From positions 1,741 through 65,740 of the forward strand of contig JABCOK020000008.1 of NCBI GenBank assembly GCA_013333645.2: a stretch of 64,000 bases of DNA, given 5' to 3'. The notes below the pieces were generated by a model. That model saw nothing but the letters and a program-made list of their open reading frames with translations, was not told the DNA's origin and ran no database searches. The position numbers and the translations under genes are program-made. This document shows, piece by piece, positions 27,749-37,258 of the stretch. Source of the DNA: Candidatus Saccharimonadota bacterium. Its GTDB lineage: Bacteria; Patescibacteriota; Saccharimonadia; Saccharimonadales; Saccharimonadaceae. Each line of letters starts with the position of its first letter. Positions within the stretch are counted from its first letter, which is position 1.

Positions 27749-29224
27749 TTACGACTCGTTTGCTTGCTTAGGCTTGAGGAGAAGCTGATTGCGCTCGGCA
27801 GTGCGCGTCCGTGCCTCATCTAGCAGAGTGGTGCCTTCTTGCGAGCTAAGGCTAACGATCCGCACATATTCACCATCGGTCTTGTCGTAGCCTGAGACAG
27901 CAACGATACCAAGCTGCTCATCGGCGTAAATAACATTCTCTTCTTGGCTGCCGTAGTTAATTTCATTAAATAAGCTTACATCTAGCAGTGCTGTACCGCG
28001 GCCATTGTCCCACGTAGCAAAGACACCAACGCGGCGCTGGACTGCATCTGGATCAGTTGAGTCAAATGGCGTATCTTTATCGATATACTCGATGATTGGT
28101 GCAAAGACCAGCGTATCGGCCTTGGGAAGGATCGTCTTGAGCGCGTGGTCAGCGGGTAGTGAGTATGCTAGAGCAAAACGTTTGCGAAAGTCATACGAGA
28201 GCGGGTAGCGTCCATCGGTCGACGTGGTACACTCGACTTGGAGGCGCGAATCGAGGAAGGTAAGCTCAGCGGGTGAGTAGATTGGTTTGTGCTCCTCTGT
28301 TGCGGTGACTTCATTCGTTATTTGGCTCACCTTCGTATCGGCATCGGTGTAGACCGTAGAATTACCCATAACAGTGACGGGGGAGGCGTATTCATTCACA
28401 GCGTCAGACTTATCGCGCTTGCTGAGGCCGCAGCCCATAGCAAGCAGCTGCTGGATGGTGTCGACAGCACAATACTGCGTTATATTGCCCTCGGCATCAG
28501 TAATGAGGCAGTCCATCACCATCTCATGCCCCATGCCTTTGCCGAACTGCTTTTCCTTGCTGGGGTCGCTGTTTTTCTCATCTCTCGAGAGTAGGTGTCC
28601 AATCTCATGACTGTATACGTTGCCACCAGTCTTATTGCTCAGCACAAGCACCATCGGGCCGTTGCCACCCTTGGCTTTGTCTTCGTCGGTGCTCTGGAAG
28701 GCAAGGCCGAGTACATTATTCTCCACGCCTGCTGTGTTAACGGCCATCAGTATGAGTGAATGCTCACCATCCTGCACGTCTAGCTGCTCACGGTATTCTT
28801 CGGCAATTTTTTTGATTTGGTCGTTGGAGTAATAGTATTCGGTCGTGCCGTCTTCCTTGGTGCGAGTGCTGTCTGGCGCAGTGTTGCAGGCGAACTCGGT
28901 TATGTGAAACTGATATGCATCGCGAGTTGTGTGAGTGATGCGGCCAGTGTGGACGCGCACTTCTTCGTATATTTCTTCGTTGGTCTTGCCAGGCTCGAAG
29001 CCAGCCGCATTAAGAGCAACAACGCCAAGCCGGACAACGACCGGCTGGAATGAATCATTCTCGTGGTTTTGGCACTGCTCTGCAGAAGACTGAGGGGTGT
29101 CGCCGCTAGGGAGTAATGCACTAAACACTCCCAGGCCAGCCATCATCAATACCTTGCGGCGTGGTAAACCTTCTGGTGTTTGGGCTGAGCCATCTGGCGC
29201 AGCTTCTGGTTTCGAGCGAGTCAT
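27749..29224 (-). CDS. Secreted zinc-metallopeptidase-like protein (HExxH)
   Basis: RRKVLMMAGLGVFSALL twin-arginine-like leader; HEIGH motif (VYSHEIGHLL). Confidence 0.6.
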   Translation of the reverse strand: MTRSKPEAAPDGSAQTPEGLPRRKVLMMAGLGVFSALLPSGDTPQSSAEQCQNHENDSFQPVVVRLGVVALNAAGFEPGKTNEEIYEEVRVHTGRITHTTRDAYQFHITEFACNTAPDSTRTKEDGTTEYYYSNDQIKKIAEEYREQLDVQDGEHSLILMAVNTAGVENNVLGLAFQSTDEDKAKGGNGPMVLVLSNKTGGNVYSHEIGHLLSRDEKNSDPSKEKQFGKGMGHEMVMDCLITDAEGNITQYCAVDTIQQLLAMGCGLSKRDKSDAVNEYASPVTVMGNSTVYTDADTKVSQITNEVTATEEHKPIYSPAELTFLDSRLQVECTTSTDGRYPLSYDFRKRFALAYSLPADHALKTILPKADTLVFAPIIEYIDKDTPFDSTDPDAVQRRVGVFATWDNGRGTALLDVSLFNEINYGSQEENVIYADEQLGIVAVSGYDKTDGEYVRIVSLSSQEGTTLLDEARTRTAERNQLLLKPKQANES

Positions 29225-29467
29225 ATTAGCTACTTTATATCACTAAAGGGTTAAAAATGTCAAACTATGTCGGCTTGCGCTGTGTAGTTCTAGCTATCTG
29301 CAGCTTAAGATCCTTCTTTTGCAATGTTAGCTCATTCTCTTATTTTGTTATTTTCTCTTTTGTAAGCATAAATAAAGCTGAGCCACAGAGGTAAAAGTAG
29401 ATTAGTAGAAAAATAGAACTCGCTTATTACTTAAAGCGAGTTTTAGGCGCGCTGCCAGCATGAGGTG

Positions 29468-29833
29468 CTATTGCTGCTCGGCTGGCGCTTGTGTTTGTTG
29501 CTGGTTCTCGGTGTCGCTATTGGTGGAGAAGAGCTGGAGTGATTCGTCACTCAGGACATTTGGGTTAAAGGTATCATCGGCGATCTTGCTGCGGCGCTGT
29601 TGATACATTTTTTTGAACTCGTCGAGCGATTGCTTCGTGATACTACCTTCGGTTTTGTATGTCTCGGGCTCAGCATCGCGAGCGGCTTGCTTGCGCACCT
29701 CCTGGAAGCCAGGCCGACTGAGATCAACCTGTGCTGCGCCACTGGTGTTGTACATATCCATAGCGATCCACACCATGACGCCTGCAATAGCGATCACCCC
29801 ACAGATCATCACCAAAAAACGGTGCTCGCGCAT
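29468..29833 (-). CDS. Small single-pass membrane protein
   Basis: Start at MREHRF avoids overlap with the upstream gene; TM FLVMICGVIAIAGVMVWIAM. Confidence 0.5.
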   Translation of the reverse strand: MREHRFLVMICGVIAIAGVMVWIAMDMYNTSGAAQVDLSRPGFQEVRKQAARDAEPETYKTEGSITKQSLDEFKKMYQQRRSKIADDTFNPNVLSDESLQLFSTNSDTENQQQTQAPAEQQ

Positions 29834-29861
29834 GGTGCTTAGCTGGTGCTCGAAGTCGATC

Positions 29862-30425
29862 TTATTTGGCTGGTTGGGCTGGCTGTTGGGCACTCGGCAC
29901 CTCCTTTTTGGCAGGGAATTGCTTACTATAAAATACGTCGAACTGTGAACCATATTGGCTCAGTAGCTGGTTGAGCCGCAAAGCGACATCGGCCACCCGT
30001 TTGCGTTGCTCGCGCACGGGCTTGATGCGGTAGTAAAACTCGACCGGTTGGTCGGTGCAGTCGATACGTAGCAGCTCAGATAACTTCTCTTCGTACTGGC
30101 GGTATTCGCTACGGAAAGCGGTAAGCTGGGTATTGTATTCTACCGTCGTCTTGGCAAGCTCCACACCATCGAGTCGGTTGAGAGCGATGCGGCTATTAAG
30201 TGGTGCCATCAGGCGAGTGGCAATCACCTCATATTGCTGCCCTTGGTTGACCCGGACGAGCCCATCGTTGGCATGGATGCGTCGCAGGGTAGACTTGACG
30301 CGGACGCAGTTTTGTTTTATTTGAGTAAGTTGATCGTTGCTGAGTGGTGCAGCAGGCTCGGCATAGGCCGGAGAGCCAAGTGCAGCAGTAGCAATCATAA
30401 CAACAGCAAGAAAAGTGCGCTTCAT
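29862..30425 (-). CDS. Secreted helical protein (signal peptide)
   Basis: Signal peptide MKRTFLAVVMIATAALGSPAYA. Confidence 0.55.
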   Translation of the reverse strand: MKRTFLAVVMIATAALGSPAYAEPAAPLSNDQLTQIKQNCVRVKSTLRRIHANDGLVRVNQGQQYEVIATRLMAPLNSRIALNRLDGVELAKTTVEYNTQLTAFRSEYRQYEEKLSELLRIDCTDQPVEFYYRIKPVREQRKRVADVALRLNQLLSQYGSQFDVFYSKQFPAKKEVPSAQQPAQPAK

Positions 30426-30568
30426 AGCTCCCCATTATGACGCATCAGAGGAGATTGGTCAAATAGTTTGCCTAGATTGAATTAAATTCTTGTGTCGCTC
30501 CGGTTGGCCACTATCTTACGCAGATTTGCGTTAGCACCTTCAAGCTCAGCACAAAACCCGGGAGTTCT

Positions 30569-31285
30569 TTAAGGGTGGTGTGATGCCATCTGTATAATAA
30601 CTACAATAACTGCAAGAACAAAAGCCATGAAAGGTATTGCAAGACCAATAGCAACGCCAATCTTGAGTCCTTGGTCGTCACCATCAACGAATTTGGCAGA
30701 TGGTGCGTATGTCTGAATGTTCCACCACCACCAGTTGTAGTGATTATTGAGAGCATCTTGAACGGTATGGGAATAATAAAGGATTCCCATACCAGGTGAC
30801 ACACCGGCGCTCAAGGCGTTGAGTAATCGCGTGTTCGCTCCGGCAAAGTTAAATTGGTTGCGTTGACCGTTGACCCAGACAATGATAAAGCTTGACTCAG
30901 TTCTTGCTTTGGTAATCTGCTGTGGGTCGATGTCAAAGATAACACCGATTGATTGACCCATCGAAGCATCTACATCAATAGCACGGATACGGTTGGTGCT
31001 CGTCCATTCGAGAACACAGGGTGTCTCATTGAAATAACCAGTGCTATACCAGACAAATGTTGCTGCAATGAGTGGTGTGCCATCAAAGACGCTGCTATAA
31101 CTAGCCTCAATAGTAGGTTGCAATGATTGGGCAGTAGGTAACTGCATTGGCTGCATAATGGGCTGAGGGAGAGGGTTTGCTGCAACAGGAGTCCGGCCAA
31201 TTGGTGGTGCGGGTTGCATAGTTGGTGTTGGTGGGTAGTATAAGGTGGTTTGCGGGTATACAGGTGTCGTGGGCTGCTGATTCAT
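30569..31285 (-). CDS. Tail-anchored protein with Pro/Gln-rich N-terminus, paralog 1
   Basis: Shares core YSSVFDGTPL...PCVLEWT..NRIRAID.D...IDPQQITKA...WVNGQR.QF.FAGA and a C-terminal TM with 31486..32310. Confidence 0.65.
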   Translation of the reverse strand: MNQQPTTPVYPQTTLYYPPTPTMQPAPPIGRTPVAANPLPQPIMQPMQLPTAQSLQPTIEASYSSVFDGTPLIAATFVWYSTGYFNETPCVLEWTSTNRIRAIDVDASMGQSIGVIFDIDPQQITKARTESSFIIVWVNGQRNQFNFAGANTRLLNALSAGVSPGMGILYYSHTVQDALNNHYNWWWWNIQTYAPSAKFVDGDDQGLKIGVAIGLAIPFMAFVLAVIVVIIQMASHHP

Positions 31286-31485
31286 GGATGTATTATACTA
31301 TATAACTTGAGCCTAATAAGTACGAATATGTTTTATAGATATATTTTTGGCTGCAGGCTATTTATAAAAGCAATAATGTAGAAGGGTGTCTACATTTGCT
31401 GTATCTATGCATAGTGTCTTGTGGTGCTATTGGCTATCAAGGAAATAAGCTAACCAATCAATCAGCTTTCTAGAGTTACTCTGCG

Positions 31486-32310
31486 TTATGATAGTAATGC
31501 CATAATAAAGGCGATAAGTATTACCAAGACCGGCATCACAAAGGCTATAATGAGACCAATATTAACTCCTCTGTTGATAATCATCGCGTCGCGCTCGAAG
31601 CCGTCAACAATCTTAGCGTAGGGCGCGTAGGCTTGGATGGCAGCCCACCACCAGTCGTAGTCGTTGTCGAGTGCACGCTCGACATTGTGGCCATAGAGAA
31701 CGCCGCCAATACCTGGCGATACTGCAGCGCCAAGGCCAGCCAGCAGCTGGGCATGTGCTCCAGCAAAGTCGAACTGGATGCGCTGGCCATTGACCCACAT
31801 AATGATAAAGCTCGCCTCGACAGCTGCTTTGGTGATCTGCTGTGGATCGATATCGAGCACCACGCCGACCATTTGGTTTGTTTGGGGGTCAAAGTCGATG
31901 GCACGGATACGATTGGCTGTTGTCCATTCGAGTACACAGGGCACTTGGCTAAAGACGGTGCGATTGCGATAGTGTGAGACGGGCGTTGCCATAACCAGTG
32001 GTGTACCGTCAAAAACACTGCTATAGTTGGCATCCATCACTGCCGGTGCCGGCTGGGCTGCTGGCTGGACAACAAGGGGTGCGGGCTGCTGAACGGGTAA
32101 TTGCTCGGCTGGTTGCGCAGGGTTACTTGGGGGCGTTGGAGTTGCCGGTTGTGGTATCTGAGCTGGTGCAGGCTCGGCTGGCCATGCCGGTGGCTGCTGT
32201 GGCTGTGCTTGCACTGACTGCTGTGGATAATATGGTGGTGGCGCAGGCTGAGTCTGGGGTGGGGCCGCCAGCTGTAATCGATTAGGATAAGAAGGAAATT
32301 GCTGATTCAT
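31486..32310 (-). CDS. Tail-anchored protein with Pro/Gln-rich N-terminus, paralog 2
   Basis: See 30569..31285. Confidence 0.65.
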   Translation of the reverse strand: MNQQFPSYPNRLQLAAPPQTQPAPPPYYPQQSVQAQPQQPPAWPAEPAPAQIPQPATPTPPSNPAQPAEQLPVQQPAPLVVQPAAQPAPAVMDANYSSVFDGTPLVMATPVSHYRNRTVFSQVPCVLEWTTANRIRAIDFDPQTNQMVGVVLDIDPQQITKAAVEASFIIMWVNGQRIQFDFAGAHAQLLAGLGAAVSPGIGGVLYGHNVERALDNDYDWWWAAIQAYAPYAKIVDGFERDAMIINRGVNIGLIIAFVMPVLVILIAFIMALLS

Positions 32311-32467
32311 GAGAGTATTATACTATACCGGTAAATACGCGATACGTCTTAACAGAGGTCATATACCTTGAGATCAGGACTTCATTAAAGCATAATAGCT
32401 CAGCAGGAGTATCCGTTACGCAGAATGAATTTTTGTTGTGGCGGGAGCGATGCATACGCAATAGAGG

Positions 32468-33301
32468 TTATTTGTGCTTGCCTGGCGAGGCCGCGCCGAG
32501 CTCGATGTGCTCCTTCTCAAACTCACGCAAGATCCGTCGCCGCATCTCGGCCGTGAGGGCCCACTGGTCGGATGGTTGGGTCTTGCCAGAGACGACAAGG
32601 CTAATCGATGACGCATTGAAGTCGCCAAGGATATCAAAGTGCGGTGGCTCGATTACCTTGTGCTGCCATTTTTCCTCACTAGAGATTTCTTCGCCAATCC
32701 GATTAATAATATTGCTGGCAGTGCTGATGTTGGTATCGGGTGCAACGGTAATGGTGAAGTATACTTTGCTATAGCCCATCGTCTTGTTGATGACATGCTG
32801 CACGACACCATTAGGGAAGAAGTGGACGTTACCCTCGACGTCGCGGATCACCGTGGAGCGTACACCGATCCGCTCGACCGTCCCGCCAAAGCCATCAATC
32901 TCGATGATATCCCCCACCCGATACTGGTTTTCGCTAATAATAAATACTCCTGAGAGAAAATCCTTAACGAGTGACTGTGCACCAAACCCGAAGGCGACAC
33001 CAATAATCCCTGCGCTCGCAAACAGCGGCGCAAGAGCTGCACTATTGAAAAAATGAGTAAAGATAGCATAGCCCGCAATCACCACGACAATAATGCGCCA
33101 TACATTAGCAAAGAGCCCGCCCAGCGTCTTGTGTCGCTTCTCGAGATCCTTCTTAGGCAGTGTCCGCTGATATGTGGTAACGAAGGCATGCCGCGTCAGC
33201 CACATCACCACGCGTGGCCCCAACCAATACAGTGCAATCGCCACGATAATAATAATGATAATCTCTAGTGCAGTGATCTCAGGTGAGGTAATTGGCTTCA
33301 T
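32468..33301 (-). CDS. MscS-family mechanosensitive channel
   Basis: Three TM helices then GAQSLVKDFLSGVFIISENQYRVGDIIEI. Confidence 0.85.
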   Translation of the reverse strand: MKPITSPEITALEIIIIIIVAIALYWLGPRVVMWLTRHAFVTTYQRTLPKKDLEKRHKTLGGLFANVWRIIVVVIAGYAIFTHFFNSAALAPLFASAGIIGVAFGFGAQSLVKDFLSGVFIISENQYRVGDIIEIDGFGGTVERIGVRSTVIRDVEGNVHFFPNGVVQHVINKTMGYSKVYFTITVAPDTNISTASNIINRIGEEISSEEKWQHKVIEPPHFDILGDFNASSISLVVSGKTQPSDQWALTAEMRRRILREFEKEHIELGAASPGKHK

Positions 33302-33321
33302 AATATGGTAGTATAACAGAT

Positions 33322-33855
33322 GTGAATGATGAATTAAACCAGCTTGTGCTTACCCTGCAGCGTGGTGGCGTGGCAGTACTCCGGACTGATACGCTGTATG
33401 GCATTGTTGCCCGGGCAGATGACGAAGCGGCAGTAGCGCGGGTGTATCGCCTTAAGCAGCGTGGTAGTAATAAATCATCCATCATCCTCGTGGCCGATGC
33501 CAGTCAAACGTATGCCGATGTGCCCACCTTACCGTCGCTTGATACCTCTCAGCCCACGAGTATCTTGCTCGATTCGCCCCATGCTCCGCAGTGGTTACGC
33601 CGCGCTAATGATATGCTGGCCTATCGCCAGCCGCAGCTGCCGTGGCTCCAGGCGGTCTTGCGCCAGACTGGCCCGTTGATCGCTCCCAGTGCTAATCTCG
33701 AGGGGCAGCCGCCCGCCCGCACTATTGCCGAAGCTCGTGCGTATTTTGGTAATGGTGTCGATTACTATTATGATGGTGGCACTGTGCCGACTGATACGCC
33801 ACCATCACGCTTGATACGGGTGCTATCTGATGGGGTGGTGGAACGACTCAGGTAG
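33322..33855 (+). CDS. tsaC: L-threonylcarbamoyladenylate synthase (YrdC/TsaC family)
   Basis: LRTDTLYGI, SANLEGQPPA motifs, ~180 aa. Confidence 0.8.
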   Translation: MNDELNQLVLTLQRGGVAVLRTDTLYGIVARADDEAAVARVYRLKQRGSNKSSIILVADASQTYADVPTLPSLDTSQPTSILLDSPHAPQWLRRANDMLAYRQPQLPWLQAVLRQTGPLIAPSANLEGQPPARTIAEARAYFGNGVDYYYDGGTVPTDTPPSRLIRVLSDGVVERLR

Positions 33856-34044
33856 GGCATAATAACCTGAGTAAATATTTAGAAGCTTACTCAGTGATGT
33901 AAGTATTACAACATCTTTTAGAGCAGTTCTCATTACACGAGTGAAAACATGCTAGACAATAGTGAGTTCTCATACCTCACCCAAATAACGTGGAGCGTGG
34001 AGCCACCCGCGAAAGAGGCCGTGTGATTCAGGTATAATAGACTC

Positions 34045-34716
34045 ATGACATATCTTGACCCTCAACAATTTATCATCACTCGCAAGCGCAAGAAATATCG
34101 CTTTGCTAAGTTCCATAACGCCACCAACTGCTACGAGTACGACGAATGGTGCCAGGCAACACCAGAGGTGCGGCAGAGTGCGACGGTGCTCGAGGTTGGT
34201 GCTGGCACCGGGATGTTTAGTGTGGAACTAGCGGCGCAGCACCCGGATGAGGTATTTGTGGCACTGGACGTTAAGGGTGATCGCTTGCAAAAAGGTGCAT
34301 ACACGGCGCTCGAGCGTGGCATCACTAATGTGCTGTTTGTGCGTGCCCGGGCCGATCAGATTGGCGAACTCTTTGCTGCTCACTCGCTCAAGCAGTTGTG
34401 GGTGACTTTTCCTGATCCATTCCCTAAGCGGCGCAGCGCTGGCCGGCGTCTTACTCACCCAACATTCTTGCGCCAGTACGAGCAGCTGTTGCGGCCTGGT
34501 GGCTCGCTTTTACTCAAGCATGACGATCGCGATTTCTTTTGTTGGAGCCTGGAGCAGCTCGTTGCCTGTCAGTGGTCGATTCGTGAATTATCTTTCGATC
34601 TCCACGAGTCGTCACTACCTGATGAATACAAGACGCTCACCGCCTACGAACAGCGCTGGATGAGTGAGGGGAAAGCGATTGGCTGCGTGCGAGCGACGAC
34701 CGGTAATGGCCAGTAG
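34045..34716 (+). CDS. trmB: tRNA (guanine-N7)-methyltransferase
   Basis: SAM motif LEVGAGTG and FPDPFPKRR motif; TATAAT 6 nt before ATG. Confidence 0.85.
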   Translation: MTYLDPQQFIITRKRKKYRFAKFHNATNCYEYDEWCQATPEVRQSATVLEVGAGTGMFSVELAAQHPDEVFVALDVKGDRLQKGAYTALERGITNVLFVRARADQIGELFAAHSLKQLWVTFPDPFPKRRSAGRRLTHPTFLRQYEQLLRPGGSLLLKHDDRDFFCWSLEQLVACQWSIRELSFDLHESSLPDEYKTLTAYEQRWMSEGKAIGCVRATTGNGQ

Positions 34717-34734
34717 TACCGCTTCGTAGTAAGA

Positions 34735-36051
34735 TTACATACTCACCTGACTGAGCTCTAGTATGCCGTGTTGCTGGCTCGCTAGTGCGTTATTTTTGTA
34801 GCGTTGATCATAACTAATATCTGTGCTGCACCACTCGGGAGGGCAGAATGTTTCAGCACGTAGTGTTGCCTCGGTCTCGCGGCCACGAAACTCAACTTCA
34901 GCAGTGACAAGCTTTCCTTCAAGGTTGCCGTGGTAGATATCAAGCTCGATTGTATGCTCGTTACTATCAGGATCGGTGTAGGGTACATAGTAGCGTGTTT
35001 TCTCGATGCGCTTGCCCTTGGTGAGTGGCCATAGCGAAGCAAAGGTTGCTTCATTAATAATGATATTTTGCTCATCTCGCACGACAGTACCGCCCGATTT
35101 TACCGTGAGCTCAAAACGTTGCCCATCACCAAAACGCCGGACGCGTGTCTCCGATCCATCACTGCTGTGCGCGAGGTAGCCCTGACTAATATCGATATGA
35201 TCATATGAGTCAATATCTGCTGGTATCTTATCAAGATTGACTAAAAATTTACGCTCAACTTCTTTGAGCTGATTGGGACGCTCAGGGACGTGAGAACTCA
35301 TCATGTCGGAAGATTTTTCTTGTGCATAGCATGTCTCAAAATGATAAGCGAGGTTTGCATACAGCTCAGCAAGCTCAGGAAATTCTGTGCCAAATCGCTG
35401 AGTGAAACTCTCGATGAGCTTGTCGTGTGCTGCTTGCAATTCAGCAAGATTTTTAATGCCATAGTCCTCTTCGACTACCCGCACTCCTTGCCCAACAATA
35501 TCCATCGCTACTGGAAGAATCTTATCGACTGCTCGTACAAAGCGTGCTTCGGGTGTGTTTTGTGCTTCGTAGCGCTCTAGCCCCTGACGCATAACGGGCG
35601 GAAGACGCTGTAATAATGTGTGGGCTGCTTGCTGCTCGTTTTGTTGTTTGATGGAAAGTTGCACAGGGGTAAGGTCGAACGTTGCGACATCGCCAGTGGC
35701 AATCTCGAGCAGCTCGTGGACAGTTGCAAATTGCTGCACCATATCATTATCCAACTGCGGATAGAGACAGGTGCGTAATTCTGGCGCAAGGGCGGCAAGC
35801 GACCAACTATGCTCTGCGTCGTTCTCGCGCTCGCCACCGGGTTGGCGTGGCACGCGCACTACATCGGCCAAATCACAGCTTATCTCCATACTCTGCAGTG
35901 CAATATGGCATAGCTGACTTTGGACTGGTGATGGTGTGATACCTCGTTCGTGTGACGTGTGTGGTGGATAATTGTGTTCTGGCAGCCAAGTCGTTGACGT
36001 GTGATTGTATTGGTTATTATTATAATGACTATTGTATGGCAGGTTATTCAT
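34735..36051 (-). CDS. Fusion protein: YfbR-like HD-domain hydrolase + CYTH (triphosphate tunnel) domain
   Basis: N-terminal half has ENDAEHSWSLA and HELLEIATGDV (HD-type metal ligands). C-terminal half starts with the CYTH signature EVERKFLV, followed by ISQGYL, RVRR, IELDIY, AEVEF. Confidence 0.75.
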   Translation of the reverse strand: MNNLPYNSHYNNNQYNHTSTTWLPEHNYPPHTSHERGITPSPVQSQLCHIALQSMEISCDLADVVRVPRQPGGERENDAEHSWSLAALAPELRTCLYPQLDNDMVQQFATVHELLEIATGDVATFDLTPVQLSIKQQNEQQAAHTLLQRLPPVMRQGLERYEAQNTPEARFVRAVDKILPVAMDIVGQGVRVVEEDYGIKNLAELQAAHDKLIESFTQRFGTEFPELAELYANLAYHFETCYAQEKSSDMMSSHVPERPNQLKEVERKFLVNLDKIPADIDSYDHIDISQGYLAHSSDGSETRVRRFGDGQRFELTVKSGGTVVRDEQNIIINEATFASLWPLTKGKRIEKTRYYVPYTDPDSNEHTIELDIYHGNLEGKLVTAEVEFRGRETEATLRAETFCPPEWCSTDISYDQRYKNNALASQQHGILELSQVSM

Positions 36052-36108
36052 ATCACTACCATAGCGTGCTATAGTAAATATGGATAGATAGGATAGTTTG
36101 AGTCAAAT

Positions 36109-36786
36109 ATGTTTGAGCAAGATACGATTAACCACCACATCCAAAGGCGAATTCTCAGTGTGCTATGCTACCGCAAAATGGCTCGCTTTCGTGATCTGCG
36201 CCCGCCACGAGTGGATACCAATCTCTTTAGCTATCATCTCAAGGTGCTGATTCGTCACCAGCTAGTTCAAAAAGTGCCAGGTGGCTATAGCCTAGCACCA
36301 CGTGGTTTGGCGTATGTCGATCGGGTTAGCACAGACACTATGCTGGTTCGGACCCAACCTAAAATCGTAACTATGCTAGTGGTGCAAAATAGTAATGGTG
36401 ACGTCTTACTCCAACAGCGCACTAAGCAGCCCTACATTGATACCTGGACGCTCCCTTACGGCAAACTCCACATCGATGACAGATCTATCCAAGCGGCAGC
36501 TCAGCGCGAAGCGGCGGAAAAACTTGGCGCTATAGACTTAGTACTACAGCATGCGGGCGAATGCTATATTCGTGTTTGGGCAGACAAGGCAATTCTCTCA
36601 ACCACGCTTGCTCATGTATTTTATGGGGCGACTGATGATATCACTCCGCACGAACGGCTCATTTGGGCACGCCCACACAAACTGGCTCAGTACACACTTG
36701 CACCAGCAGTGGAGCAGATTGTCGCACGGGCATTCTTTCGCGATCCATACTTTTTTGAGGAGTTTGACGACGTTTTAGATCAATAA
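36109..36786 (+). CDS. N-terminal winged-helix + C-terminal Nudix-fold protein with degenerate Nudix box
   Basis: wHTH RRILSVLCYRKMARFRDL...FSYHLKVLIRHQLV. Nudix box GKLHIDDRSIQAAAQREAAEKLG has E->D, one extra spacer residue and EE->EK. Confidence 0.7.
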   Translation: MFEQDTINHHIQRRILSVLCYRKMARFRDLRPPRVDTNLFSYHLKVLIRHQLVQKVPGGYSLAPRGLAYVDRVSTDTMLVRTQPKIVTMLVVQNSNGDVLLQQRTKQPYIDTWTLPYGKLHIDDRSIQAAAQREAAEKLGAIDLVLQHAGECYIRVWADKAILSTTLAHVFYGATDDITPHERLIWARPHKLAQYTLAPAVEQIVARAFFRDPYFFEEFDDVLDQ

Positions 36787-36798
36787 CAAGGAGGATAT

Positions 36799-37140
36799 AT
36801 GAAGATCGACGACTACGCACAGCAAGCAATCACTACCCTGAGCAGTGACTATGCCTACGGTGATGCTAATGCCCAGCTGATGGGTATGGTGCTAGGCCTG
36901 GGTGGCGAATCGGGCGAGGTGCTCGAGAAGTTCAAGAAGCTACTGCGCGACCATCAGGGCACAATAACCGAGGCAGATAAGCAGGCAATCATTAAGGAGC
37001 TAGGTGATATTTTGTGGTATGTAACGGCAGTGGCACACCTGCTTGGTTCGAGTCTCGAGGAGGTTGCTCAGCGTAACAACGCCAAGCTTGCCAGCCGCCA
37101 GCAGCGCGGTCAGCTGCGGGGTAGTGGGGATGACCGGTAG
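36799..37140 (+). CDS. MazG-like nucleotide pyrophosphohydrolase (single-domain)
   Basis: GLGGESGEVLEKFKK and ELGDILWYV motifs; AAGGAGG SD. Confidence 0.8.
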   Translation: MKIDDYAQQAITTLSSDYAYGDANAQLMGMVLGLGGESGEVLEKFKKLLRDHQGTITEADKQAIIKELGDILWYVTAVAHLLGSSLEEVAQRNNAKLASRQQRGQLRGSGDDR

Positions 37141-37258
37141 GTTGTATATTGCTTGAGAATATTGCAGTCCACCCCATCCACTGCCCGCAGGTAATAACGA
37201 GCAGCGTAGAAGCTTGCAAGCACCATTTGCAACGGATGTGGGCCGCTTGAGCTGGTGT

